A program made the translations under genes and the position numbers. Source: a virus. Taken from it: DNA of 64,000 nucleotides. The stretch lies in IMG/VR virus record IMGVR_UViG_3300045988_122545, positions 31,662-95,661 of that record; one strand, 5' to 3'. Position 1 is the stretch's first letter, and the number at the start of each line of letters is the position of its first letter. Positions 30,369 to 39,034 of the stretch are shown one piece after another. A model generated the notes under the pieces. That model worked only from the letters and a program-made list of their open reading frames with translations. It ran no database searches and was not told the DNA's origin.

Positions 30369-30768
30369 TAATCTTGTTTTTAATACTGTTTAAAACTTTA
30401 ATCATGTTATAGTATACTGTTTCAGCTTCAACTTTTACACATGGCTGTACATCACCATTATGGAAGCTTTCAATCATATCTCTATAACTATTTTCGTATG
30501 TATCAATCAGTTCATCTACGTAATCTGCGATATCGTTTACCTTCTGTTCATAGATATCAGATGCTTCTTCTTCAACTTCTATCATGAATTCTTTTTCTAC
30601 GAATTCGTCAATTACGTCTTGTGACATTTCCATTTGTACTTTTGATATTGATGCACCATTCTTGTGTTCATCAGTACGATCCATAGAGTATATACCATCT
30701 TCGTTTAATTCAAAGATATCACCCTTTTTTGCTATACCAAATGATTTAATTACTTTATAAGTTCTCAT
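30361..30768 (-). CDS. Hypothetical acidic protein (135 aa)
   Basis: Intact ORF. First gene after a terminator and intergenic gap. Confidence 0.55.
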   Translation of the reverse strand: MRTYKVIKSFGIAKKGDIFELNEDGIYSMDRTDEHKNGASISKVQMEMSQDVIDEFVEKEFMIEVEEEASDIYEQKVNDIADYVDELIDTYENSYRDMIESFHNGDVQPCVKVEAETVYYNMIKVLNSIKNKINE

Positions 30769-30931
30769 CTTTATATCTATTTTTAAAATTGTTTTTCTTT
30801 TTATTATTACCGTAATTATTGCATTTATATGCTATATATAAAACAATAAACGCTATTATTAACATTTCCATGTATAATAAAACGCATATTTTGCGTGTTG
30901 TTAATATTTTTAACACTTTTTAATATCTAAT

Positions 30932-30956
30932 AAAAAAGCCCCGCTAAAAGCGAGGC
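30932..30956 (-). terminator. Rho-independent terminator after the GroES-like gene
   Basis: Minus-strand RNA GCCUCGC-UUUUA-GCGGGGC followed by U6. Confidence 0.65.
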
Positions 30957-30984
30957 TCAATTATATTGTAATATGATTATTAAA

Positions 30985-31338
30985 TTATTTCTTTTCGATA
31001 GCAACGATATCGTATGACTTTACTAATTTCGAGTCTTTGAACAAGTCAAATTCTTTCGCAAACTTTTTAGGGTACACCACGGTATCACCACAAGTAATGC
31101 TACCATCATATACAGTAGGAATAGCAATAACAATACCCTTTTCAAAATCGGATTCTTCTTCCTTAACAACTTCTTTTGTATCGTATAGATTATTTCCTTC
31201 TTCATCTTTCTTACCATTAGGTATTTGTTCAGTATACTTTCTCTTAATCATTGTAGGTTCTAATGGCTTAACTAAGAAGTCTTTCTCAAAAGTAAACTTG
31301 ACACTACTTACTACTGTTTCTAATACTTTATCTTCCAT
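30985..31338 (-). CDS. GroES/Hsp10-like co-chaperonin
   Basis: N-terminal VKPL....I...., central mobile-loop-like K/E segment, then GIVIAIP.....I..GD.V.Y.K......F......LV...DIVAI, as in GroES/gp31-type proteins. Confidence 0.45.
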   Translation of the reverse strand: MEDKVLETVVSSVKFTFEKDFLVKPLEPTMIKRKYTEQIPNGKKDEEGNNLYDTKEVVKEEESDFEKGIVIAIPTVYDGSITCGDTVVYPKKFAKEFDLFKDSKLVKSYDIVAIEKK

Positions 31339-31346
31339 ATTCTAAA

Positions 31347-31541
31347 TTATTTTTCGTGAGGGAAACGACGCATGAATATTTTATGTTCTTTTGTACAAAT
31401 TTGGGTTTTTCCTAAAGCTGCACAATCCATTCTATCATAGAATGCACATCCTTGACAACCGCCTCTATTTATTTCATCTTCTAAAGTATATTCTTTACCG
31501 TGAAATTTATATATCTTCTTACCATTTTCATTCTTATTCAT
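31347..31541 (-). CDS. Hypothetical Cys-rich small protein (64 aa)
   Basis: Intact ORF. CQGCAFY...C...C pattern. Confidence 0.5.
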   Translation of the reverse strand: MNKNENGKKIYKFHGKEYTLEDEINRGGCQGCAFYDRMDCAALGKTQICTKEHKIFMRRFPHEK

Positions 31542-31709
31542 AATTATAAAATTTTGAGGGTTAACAATATTGTTAATAACTACTTTTTATAATACCCCCA
31601 GAAGTAGTTGAAACTGTGCTAGCCTACGATCTAGACCATCATTAGCTGTATTAATCAGTACATATCGTATCTTAAAAGATCTCAGTTTGTATTTTATCTG
31701 ATTAGTGAC

Positions 31710-31934
31710 TTAGGCGTCTTCGTTCCGCGGATCCTTACGGCTTGTATCTCCATTAATATTTTTATTTGCGTCATTGTATCCTCGTTTGTATCCAACGTAT
31801 CCAACAAGTAAACCAGTAACTATGAATAATAATACATACAATTTTTCAGTTGTGCTCATGTTATCAAACATTAAGCCGTATATAAATCCTAATAGTAGGA
31901 TTATTCTACAAACCCAGTCAATTATTTTTTCCAT
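31710..31934 (-). CDS. Small membrane protein (74 aa, 2 predicted TM segments)
   Basis: Two hydrophobic stretches followed by a basic/acidic tail. Confidence 0.5.
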   Translation of the reverse strand: MEKIIDWVCRIILLLGFIYGLMFDNMSTTEKLYVLLFIVTGLLVGYVGYKRGYNDANKNINGDTSRKDPRNEDA

Positions 31935-32167
31935 AACTCTTCTTGTCTATACTTAAGTAAGTCATCATATAGTTGTAAATATAATTCATCAGATAATCTG
32001 TATTCTATTTCATCTCTTACTATTACTCTGGAATTACAATCATCTAAGATTATTTTACTATTTCTATCAGGTCCTTTTTCAAAGAAGTCTTTTTCGTATT
32101 GTTTAGCTATCCATAAACAATTACCATATTGTTGATCTTCTTTGCTTTTTATTTTATAATAATTCAT
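31922..32167 (-). CDS. Hypothetical protein (81 aa); first gene of the minus-strand middle block
   Basis: Intact ATG..TAA ORF adjacent to the divergent intergenic region. Confidence 0.55.
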   Translation of the reverse strand: MNYYKIKSKEDQQYGNCLWIAKQYEKDFFEKGPDRNSKIILDDCNSRVIVRDEIEYRLSDELYLQLYDDLLKYRQEELWKK

Positions 32168-32535
32168 ATTATTGCTTTTTAATAAATTCTGTTATCTTAA
32201 GTATAGCCATCTACATAGCAATTAATATAATTATTATTAATAGTAATTCTTTCATAGTATTTATTATTGTATTAGTATCAATACTAACGTATAATAGTAT
32301 TATTTTGTTTCTATCTATGTTAATTATTTAACAAATATTAGTATAGTTTATTTTTATTTATATTGCGGTTTTTAACAAAAATTATATAAAAATTTTTAAT
32401 GAGAAAATTTTTGTGAACGTGAACTAGCAACAATTCATACCCCTAGATTTATTATCGGCAGGAAATACCCCCGTATGGGGTTGTGGACTGTTCGGTAAAA
32501 ATTCTCAAACTCTTAATTCTCAAAAATTCAAAGTT
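32168..32535. promoter_or_regulatory. Divergent intergenic control region between the minus-strand middle block and the plus-strand early/replication block
   Basis: 368 nt with no ORF and very AT-rich. Contains tandem GTGAAC-GTGAAC (32413..32424), hairpin ACCCC-CGTA-TGGGG(T) and two AATTCTCAAA repeats just before the first plus-strand ATG. Confidence 0.5.
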
Positions 32536-33117
32536 ATGATTTGTACAATTACAGAAGTTAACACGTATGAACGCGAAAATGAAGTTGGTTACGTGGTTAT
32601 TAAAGCCAGAGGACAGCAAGGAGATGAAAACGCAAATGTTTTAGACGAAAATGGGTTTATTAATCCGCTTGCGTGCATGAGTCGAGTATACAACTTTACT
32701 AAGACGTTATTCCCGTCTACGCAAGCGCAATTTAAAGCAATGTCTGAAAATGTAGTAGAGGGTGTTAATATTCGTCTTGAATTGATTCGCAAAGCGTCTC
32801 CTAAACCGTTTCATATTGTGAAGGACTTAAATGCAGACGCGGTGGAAGATAGATACTACTGTGAGGAAGTTTTTGAAAATGCCGTAAATGATACGAAGAA
32901 AAATCTTGTCATTGACGGCAAGGTTATCAAACCAAATGAAGTTTATCCGGCAAAAGTATTTAAACCGCGTGTTTTCAATGAAATTACCCTAACTGTTTTC
33001 ACCAAATTAGATGAAAATGGAAAAGAAGTATGTGCGGAAGGTGACGAACAAACACTACTGGAGAACGCTTGGCAAAGAGGCGTCACAAATGGTGTGTATG
33101 AAATTGTTAGTGAATGA
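32536..33117 (+). CDS. Hypothetical early protein (193 aa)
   Basis: Intact ATG..TGA ORF with GC-richer codon usage, followed by a hairpin. Confidence 0.6.
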   Translation: MICTITEVNTYERENEVGYVVIKARGQQGDENANVLDENGFINPLACMSRVYNFTKTLFPSTQAQFKAMSENVVEGVNIRLELIRKASPKPFHIVKDLNADAVEDRYYCEEVFENAVNDTKKNLVIDGKVIKPNEVYPAKVFKPRVFNEITLTVFTKLDENGKEVCAEGDEQTLLENAWQRGVTNGVYEIVSE

Positions 33118-33140
33118 GGTGTGTAAACACCTCATTTGTT
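33116..33140 (+). terminator. Probable terminator hairpin
   Basis: GAGGTGT-GTAA-ACACCTC followed by ATTTGTT. Confidence 0.5.
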
Positions 33141-33466
33141 AGCTAACCGTAATTAAGAGTTTCAAATAGCAGAAAATAAACAACATAAAGTATCCAATAT
33201 GCATTAATGGTTTAAGGAAAGTATAAAAAATCGACCTACAAACGCTATTAAATGTTCAAACTCGTTAGATTGAGTGTTGGTATGAGTGATAGATTTTAGC
33301 CACGGAGGCTATATTTTATGTTGTTTAAAATCTTTAATATATAATATATAGCGTAACTTTAAAAATTAAACAATTATGCTTATTTATAATGGTAACAAAC
33401 TAAAATTTACATCCTATTCCAAAATAGAAAATTCTAATCCTGAATGGATTGGACAAACAGTAATGG

Positions 33467-33682
33467 ATGAGTTTAGTAAGAGAGACATTAAATCTTGGCG
33501 TACAAGAAGCTAAAGATTTAGTAGATTCTTATCCAGTAAAAATTGATTTATCAGAATATTCAAATTCAATTAAACCTGAAGAATATAAAAACTTTGCAAA
33601 GATGCTAGAAGAAAAAGGAGCAATCGTAACTCTAGAACAAAAAAGAGCAATAAATAGAAGACCGTTATCAATACGTCGTTAA
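33467..33682 (+). CDS. Ribosomal protein bL12 (L7/L12) C-terminal-domain-like protein (71 aa)
   Basis: VRETLNLGVQEAKDLVDSYP......(E)EYKNFAKMLEEKGAIVTLE parallels the bL12 CTD consensus (V)RE.TGLGLKEAKDLVE.AP......EEAE..KKKLEEAGA.V.L. Confidence 0.55.
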   Translation: MSLVRETLNLGVQEAKDLVDSYPVKIDLSEYSNSIKPEEYKNFAKMLEEKGAIVTLEQKRAINRRPLSIRR

Positions 33683-34370
33683 ATTGGTTGCTCAATTAAA
33701 AAACTAATAATTTTCCAAGTTGTTGAGGACACCAGTTTCTTATATTTTTAATTCCCCTTAAATTCTGTTTATAAATATAATCATAACCATAACAGCCATG
33801 AATACAGATAATAAGGTCGCAATAGCGTAATTAGAAATTAAAACTCAATATAAGTTTTAGGTGTAAAACATGTGTTTAAAAAATAACCACAACCTAAAGA
33901 TGATCACTTTACTGGTGAAAAGCTTGAGAATATATGGATTACATTTGGATGCCAAATATATTCAACATAGTATAATAAGCCTAATCAGCTTTGCGGTTAT
34001 TATTACTTTTTATTTTTCTATTTTATAAATCTTTACTTAAAGTAAACGTACAGTCGCACGTTAGTGGATTACAGTTCGTATTCTTATCAAGAATATTGTA
34101 TTACCGAAAACTGGGGTTATGTGATAAATGCGTAGGTTCCGTACACATAGAAAAGCAACTAATCGAAAGTAAGCATAGAGAATTTATACAATAGTAACAT
34201 TATTTAAATTAATAATGATTACTACCACATGAGTTTGTGGTGCTTAACAGTATAACACTAACTGAACAATAAGTGTTAAAACTTTTAAACAAAAATCAAG
34301 AGAAGCATTAATAGCATAACCAAGAATATATTATACTAAAGTATAGACATATAAATGCGCTTGATTTTAT

Positions 34371-34456
34371 GCTCGAATGGCGAAATAGGTAGACGCGTCA
34401 GACTTAAAATCTGATGAGCAGTAATGTTCGTGCGGGTTCAACTCCCGCTTCGAGTA
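34371..34456 (+). tRNA. tRNA-Leu (anticodon UAA), type II
   Basis: Acceptor GCTCGAA/TTCGAGT. D arm GCG-AAATAGGTAGA-CGC. Anticodon arm TCAGA-CTTAAAA-TCTGA. Long variable arm. T arm GCGGG-TTCAACT-CCCGC. Discriminator A. Confidence 0.85.
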
Positions 34457-34551
34457 CAATTCTAAATCCATACTTATAGCAAATAACACCATCTGTGAAG
34501 ACCGTGTTATTCATTCAAAAATATCTACACTGTGTGAATCAGTGTCAACTT

Positions 34552-34681
34552 TGTGGGGCTTATATCTAAAGAGCGCACTTAAATAGAGCTATTATCAATA
34601 GAAGGAGCGTTAGTTGCAAATAACAAACCGGAAATTCTTTTTAGTTAAGTTTAAGCTTTAGTATTAGTGCAGAGTAATATC
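34552..34681 (+). ncRNA. Candidate structured RNA module, copy 1 (TGTGGGG ... TAGTGCAGAGTAATATC)
   Basis: Shares 5' and 3' boxes with copies at 34826 and 36693. The closing stem 34562-71/34656-64 covaries with copy 2. Confidence 0.4.
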
Positions 34682-34825
34682 AAAGACAGAGTATATACCT
34701 GTAGTTATACTCAAGTAAACTACTAACTACAGAACTGGTCATCCTGGTACAGGGAAGGCAGACCAGAGAGAGGTTTCGGAAGTAGTACCTCTCTCGCTCT
34801 TTATGGTGAGAATCCATAACAAGCA

Positions 34826-34917
34826 TGTGGGGCTTATGTCTAATCAGATCAGAGGGCATTATTAATGTCGTTTAATGGTAGGTGGAGGAGATTAGCATTA
34901 GTGCAGACGTTAAAATC
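34826..34917 (+). ncRNA. Candidate structured RNA module, copy 2
   Basis: TGTGGGGCTT... stem 34836-45/34890-98 ...TAGTGCAGACGTTAAAATC. Confidence 0.4.
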
Positions 34918-35118
34918 ATGCAAAAAGATAGTGTTATGTTCAGTCTTATTCTACAATCTTTTAGTAAATCGGTACTATCTTTTTATTTTACCCAAGCGTG
35001 GGTCGTCCTTATTCATTGACCCTTGAATAGATGAAAATTCTGAACATCTGTAAAGTATAATGGCTTGTGAAAGTCGTTATACTTTTTTAATTAGAATAAT
35101 CAAAGCGTTGATTAGACG

Positions 35119-35179
35119 CTCTTATACTATATAAATGATTTTTCGTATGAATCTATTCTGATTTATACAAAATTAACCT
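35119..35179 (+). repeat. Conserved ~60-nt non-coding element, copy 1 (partner at 46037..46094)
   Basis: CTCT.AT....TATA.A.ATGATTTT..GTAT.AATCTAT..TG...A.A...TTAACCT is shared between two ORF-free tracts 11 kb apart. Confidence 0.5.
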
Positions 35180-35312
35180 CTTGCGTTGTGAAACGCCTTT
35201 CCACTTGACAAATAAATATAAGTATATAGTCTTGGTAGGTCCATGTAAATAGCACTTAACTGATGCAGTCTATATTACTTATTTAACTGATTATTCATTA
35301 AAAACAATATAT

Positions 35313-35450
35313 ATGGAAATATTTATGCAAGCAGTTGCCGCATTATTATTAATTATTGTAGTATTATTTGTCTTTGCAATGGTAGCAATATCAATAAAAA
35401 ACAATAAAAATAATAATAATGACGATAATGATTTTATGATGCAATGTTAA
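35313..35450 (+). CDS. Small membrane protein (45 aa)
   Basis: ATG..TAA. One hydrophobic helix (AVAALLLIIVVLFVFAMVAI), then an N/D-rich tail. Confidence 0.4.
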   Translation: MEIFMQAVAALLLIIVVLFVFAMVAISIKNNKNNNNDDNDFMMQC

Positions 35451-35646
35451 TTAGATTTATAACCTAGCCACAGACAGTTACAAGCCTGTAAATCGTTTTT
35501 GAATAGGGAGTAATAAATCTACGTAGAAACTCAAGGATAAGAGTATAAAAATATCCAAATTTTTAACAATAGTTTAAATCCTCACACAAGATTACAGCAT
35601 CAAAAGATGTAGCGTATGAGTGTGAGGATTTCAAAAAACATTTAAT

Positions 35647-35820
35647 ATGCTAAATATTATATTATTAATAAATTTAATATTATTGATATTTTCTTTAATA
35701 TTAAATATGATTACATCGTTTTACAATCATTACAAATTATCAATAATATCGGAATTATTAATAATGTTTAATATATTTATCGAAATAATTTCCGTTATAA
35801 TAATATTTATAATTCTGTAA
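35647..35820 (+). CDS. Small membrane protein (57 aa)
   Basis: ATG..TAA. Two hydrophobic stretches. Extremely AT-rich, so it may be spurious. Confidence 0.3.
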   Translation: MLNIILLINLILLIFSLILNMITSFYNHYKLSIISELLIMFNIFIEIISVIIIFIIL

Positions 35821-35873
35821 AAGCGATATAAACAAAAAATAAATTTAGTGTTTAACCATTAAAAAACAAAAAA

Positions 35874-36170
35874 GTGAAAATTTTTAAACTTATCACAAGC
35901 TACATTATTGGATTTGTAATCAGTGTATGGATTATTATCCTTTGGTTACTTTTAGTAAATCCATACTGTGATACTACAAATTTAGTTACTTCTGTCTTAC
36001 CAAAAAATGTAAAAGTTTTCTTAGAAACAGATACTGGATTTACAGTATTACAATTGCTATTTTTAGCAATGTTGTTTGTCATACTTATCCTATTTTATTT
36101 ACAAGGATATAAAGAAGGAAAAGAAAAGTATGATGTAACAAAAAATATTAACGAAAGTAATAACAATTAA
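35874..36170 (+). CDS. Membrane protein (98 aa, 2 TM)
   Basis: GTG start. Two clear hydrophobic helices. Confidence 0.5.
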   Translation: MKIFKLITSYIIGFVISVWIIILWLLLVNPYCDTTNLVTSVLPKNVKVFLETDTGFTVLQLLFLAMLFVILILFYLQGYKEGKEKYDVTKNINESNNN

Positions 36171-36186
36171 AAAACTTATCAAAAGT

Positions 36187-36612
36187 ATGAAACATTACAA
36201 TTTAACCATTTGTTTATTGATAATTTTACTCATGTGTGTAACAATGTGTTGTAATAGACACAATCCGCATGCACAACAGATTACTACCGAACAGGTAGAT
36301 TCAGTTGACACAATCAAAATGACTCCTATGGAGTCCGTAAACATGATGCTTGACATTCGTAAAGAGATGATCGAAAGTCATCATGTAGATTCAGTATACA
36401 TGACTATGCCGGAAGATATCATAACTCTAATTGTCTTTGACAATCCTGATTGTGATATTTCCTGGGTAGTAAAACATTATGAGGAAAACATTGATTATTA
36501 TACGGACGTGTTGAAACAAAAACAAAAGATAGAAAATTATAAAAAACAACAATCTGAACCTGACACACTTCCAAATAAACCACATCCTGACATTAGTATA
36601 CGAGAATTATAA
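36187..36612 (+). CDS. Secreted or lipoprotein-like protein (141 aa)
   Basis: N-terminal signal-like LTICLLIILLMCVTMCC. Confidence 0.55.
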   Translation: MKHYNLTICLLIILLMCVTMCCNRHNPHAQQITTEQVDSVDTIKMTPMESVNMMLDIRKEMIESHHVDSVYMTMPEDIITLIVFDNPDCDISWVVKHYEENIDYYTDVLKQKQKIENYKKQQSEPDTLPNKPHPDISIREL

Positions 36613-36628
36613 TCATATTTTAGTCATT

Positions 36629-36658
36629 ATTACACCGATTCGTGAGAGTCGGTGTAAT
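36629..36658 (+). terminator. 10-bp hairpin after 36187..36612 (terminator-like, no U-run)
   Basis: ATTACACCGA-TTCGTGAGAG-TCGGTGTAAT. Confidence 0.4.
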
Positions 36659-36692
36659 ATAAAATAAAAACGTCATCAGAAAATGACAAACA

Positions 36693-36796
36693 TGTGGGGT
36701 GTAAGTAATATTTTACATTTTATAAAGAAAAAGTGGATTGTAAAGCTTTATAAAATGCGTATCCATAAATATTATGATCATGCGGACGTTAAAATC
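36693..36796 (+). ncRNA. Candidate structured RNA module, copy 3
   Basis: TGTGGGGTGT... stem 36706-12/36768-74 ...ATGCGGACGTTAAAATC. Confidence 0.4.
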
Positions 36797-37003
36797 ATGT
36801 ACTCCAATAAGATTGGTTTGACAGCCTTTCTGCTTATGAGTTAAAACTATAGTGAGAGTCATAAAACCTAATCTAAAAAAGCAATAAAAATAAAGGTGTA
36901 GAAGTCTAACTAAAACAGTATGGTGTAACAAATAAACAAATCCCTGCCATACCAGGGTCGTCGTCAACCAATTTATTAACCAAAACTTTAAAATTATGTA
37001 AGA

Positions 37004-37252
37004 ATGAAACGATTACTTAGGTCAATTTGCTTTTGGATTTTAGATAAAACCAAGAGTAAAAAGAAGAATTCACCAATATCTCAGATATTGGCTGAACAAG
37101 AATGTGTAGCAAATGGACATATTTGGAAATCAAAACTTCATAGAAATGAAGGTCCATATGAAGTAAAAACAAAAGATCGTGTATATTGTGTACGTTGTGG
37201 ACAAAAATACCATGAACACGTATACGATAACTCAGTAAAAATAACCGATTAA
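37004..37252 (+). CDS. Small zinc-ribbon-like protein (82 aa)
   Basis: C..NGH ... CVRCG..YH pattern. Confidence 0.5.
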   Translation: MKRLLRSICFWILDKTKSKKKNSPISQILAEQECVANGHIWKSKLHRNEGPYEVKTKDRVYCVRCGQKYHEHVYDNSVKITD

Positions 37253-37275
37253 TAAACAATAAAATCATTATCAAA

Positions 37276-37677
37276 ATGGAAAAAATTATTATCTTCTCAG
37301 TACCATCTGATGCAGTAGATAACTGTACACTTGTCTCAAAACTCGATGAATTAATGAGTGAATTAGGTATTCATTCACACGTAATCATTTTAAATAAAGA
37401 AGATTTAGCATGTAATGCTAGACAAATTCATCCGACAATAGTAATATTAAAAGATATTATTAAAACCTGTGGAACAGGTAAAAATCGTATCAATTTCAAC
37501 GTAAATTTCTATCAAGCTCTTGCAAATGGATTTTATACATCTACTAAAGATGTAAAAATTATTCTCAATGAGATCATTAAAGGTAAAAATATTCCAGAAA
37601 TTATGGAATTTGCAAAAGCAAATGATATTTCATTTATTTTTAAACTCGCCGAAGAAGCACTTGGAATGATGCGATAA
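37276..37677 (+). CDS. Hypothetical protein (133 aa)
   Basis: Intact ATG..TAA ORF. Confidence 0.55.
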   Translation: MEKIIIFSVPSDAVDNCTLVSKLDELMSELGIHSHVIILNKEDLACNARQIHPTIVILKDIIKTCGTGKNRINFNVNFYQALANGFYTSTKDVKIILNEIIKGKNIPEIMEFAKANDISFIFKLAEEALGMMR

Positions 37678-37798
37678 CTATGGGAAAAACGTACAAAGAA
37701 ACTTCATGGAAGTCTAAAGACTTTGAAAAGAATCAAGCCATAAAAAAGAAACCGAAACATCGTAAGATGGATCCGTATAACAGAAAAAGAGTACAAAC

Positions 37799-38263
37799 AT
37801 GTTAAAAATCAATCAAAGAGTATTCTGTCCTTTACATGAAACAATTGGAACGGTTTCGTGGATAGGAGAAGAAAATGGTGAATACCATGGAGATGTCTGT
37901 ATCAAAACAGACAAAGGTTACAACGTATGGGTAGATACTGAAGGTAATATACCTCATACTAATGTATCTCTTGTAGAGAAATTACCTTTCGTATTGAATG
38001 AAAGAGTAATTGTAAGATTCAAAAACAAATCTCTACATTTTGGACAAGTAATAGATTTAATACCGAATAAAGAAGGCTTACGCTACAAAATCAAAGCTGA
38101 AAATGGTGATGTAATTGAAAAAATGCCTGAAGATATTCTGTCAATGGAATCTTTACTTGATATAGCAATAACAAAACATAAAATGAATTACAATGATGGT
38201 TTAACTGAAACTATTATTGAAATTAAAAGTTGTATTGCTAACGAAGAAGAAAACAAAGATTAA
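37799..38263 (+). CDS. Hypothetical protein (154 aa)
   Basis: Intact ATG..TAA ORF. Confidence 0.55.
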   Translation: MLKINQRVFCPLHETIGTVSWIGEENGEYHGDVCIKTDKGYNVWVDTEGNIPHTNVSLVEKLPFVLNERVIVRFKNKSLHFGQVIDLIPNKEGLRYKIKAENGDVIEKMPEDILSMESLLDIAITKHKMNYNDGLTETIIEIKSCIANEEENKD

Positions 38264-38346
38264 TTACTTGCCAGGTAATAAATAATGGTGGAACAAGCCT
38301 AAAGTAGGGAGTGAAATATCTCCCTACAAATTTAAAAAAAACAAAA

Positions 38347-38511
38347 ATGAAAAAGAAAGACATTAAAAAATTAGTAGGTATTTATCGGCAATGCGTCGAT
38401 GTACTAAAACTTGAAACAAGAACAAATCATTATTCTAACACAATTAAAAAGAAAATCAATAAATTGTGTAAAGATTATGAATTAACGCAACGTAGAGTTG
38501 CAATTGTGTAA
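38347..38511 (+). CDS. Hypothetical small basic protein (54 aa)
   Basis: ATG 38347 lies within ORF 38311..38511 (the track start is a GTG). Confidence 0.4.
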   Translation: MKKKDIKKLVGIYRQCVDVLKLETRTNHYSNTIKKKINKLCKDYELTQRRVAIV

Positions 38512-38566
38512 AAAACAATTTCGTGTTAAATATCAAATTTTATTAACTTTTTAAATTATCAAAATT

Positions 38567-39034
38567 ATGAAAAATTTTATGAACAACTTCGGAATGATTG
38601 TAGGAACAATGTGTATGATGGCAGCAGAAGATGATGCTTGTGCATCAGTAGACAGCTTCTCTCGTCCTAACAAGGAAATTATGGAACAGATTAAGAAAGA
38701 AGAAGAAGAACGTCTGTTCAACGAAAAGAAGAATGCTGCAAAGAATCAGATGGCAGAAGATGATTGCCGCCAGAAATACGAAGCAATTGATCTTCGTAAG
38801 AAACGTGCATATGCCAGAGCACAGGAAGATCGTCTGAAGAAACGTACCGAAGAAAACAGAAAATATCAGGAAGGTGAACTCGACACTGAAGTACATCGTC
38901 AGAATCTTGAAAAGATTCAGAATGAATACGAAGAAGCAATTCGTATTGCAGATCGTGAATTCAACAAAGCTTGTGACAATTTGGAAACAGCTGCCGGTCC
39001 TGCCATGTATCGTAAAGTTACCAGAGGTTGGTAA
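38567..39034 (+). CDS. Hypothetical coiled-coil protein (155 aa), probably highly expressed
   Basis: Intact ORF. Markedly GC-richer codon usage than its neighbours. N-terminal hydrophobic segment, then an E/K/R-rich helix. Confidence 0.6.
   Translation: MKNFMNNFGMIVGTMCMMAAEDDACASVDSFSRPNKEIMEQIKKEEEERLFNEKKNAAKNQMAEDDCRQKYEAIDLRKKRAYARAQEDRLKKRTEENRKYQEGELDTEVHRQNLEKIQNEYEEAIRIADREFNKACDNLETAAGPAMYRKVTRGW

Noticed and set aside
31023-31345. ORFs 31023..31217 (-) and 31037..31345 (+) overlapping the GroES-like gene
   Set aside because: They are alternative-frame or antisense shadows of a gene with a recognisable fold signature.
32178-32264. Mini-ORF MKELLLIIIILIAM-TAG-MAILKITEFIKKQ on the minus strand in the divergent region
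   Set aside because: It is only 14 codons before the TAG (29 with read-through), nothing supports it, and it lies in extremely AT-rich DNA.
33991-34194. 67-aa ORF (TTG start) in the non-coding tract before tRNA-Leu
   Set aside because: It has a non-ATG start and an implausible composition. It is one of only two ORF-track entries in the plus-strand part of the window that end on TAG, and it sits in a hairpin-rich tract.
36713-36967. 84-aa minus-strand ORF
   Set aside because: It has a TTG start and lies opposite to all neighbours. It overlaps RNA-module copy 3 and the hairpin-GGGTCGTC motif.
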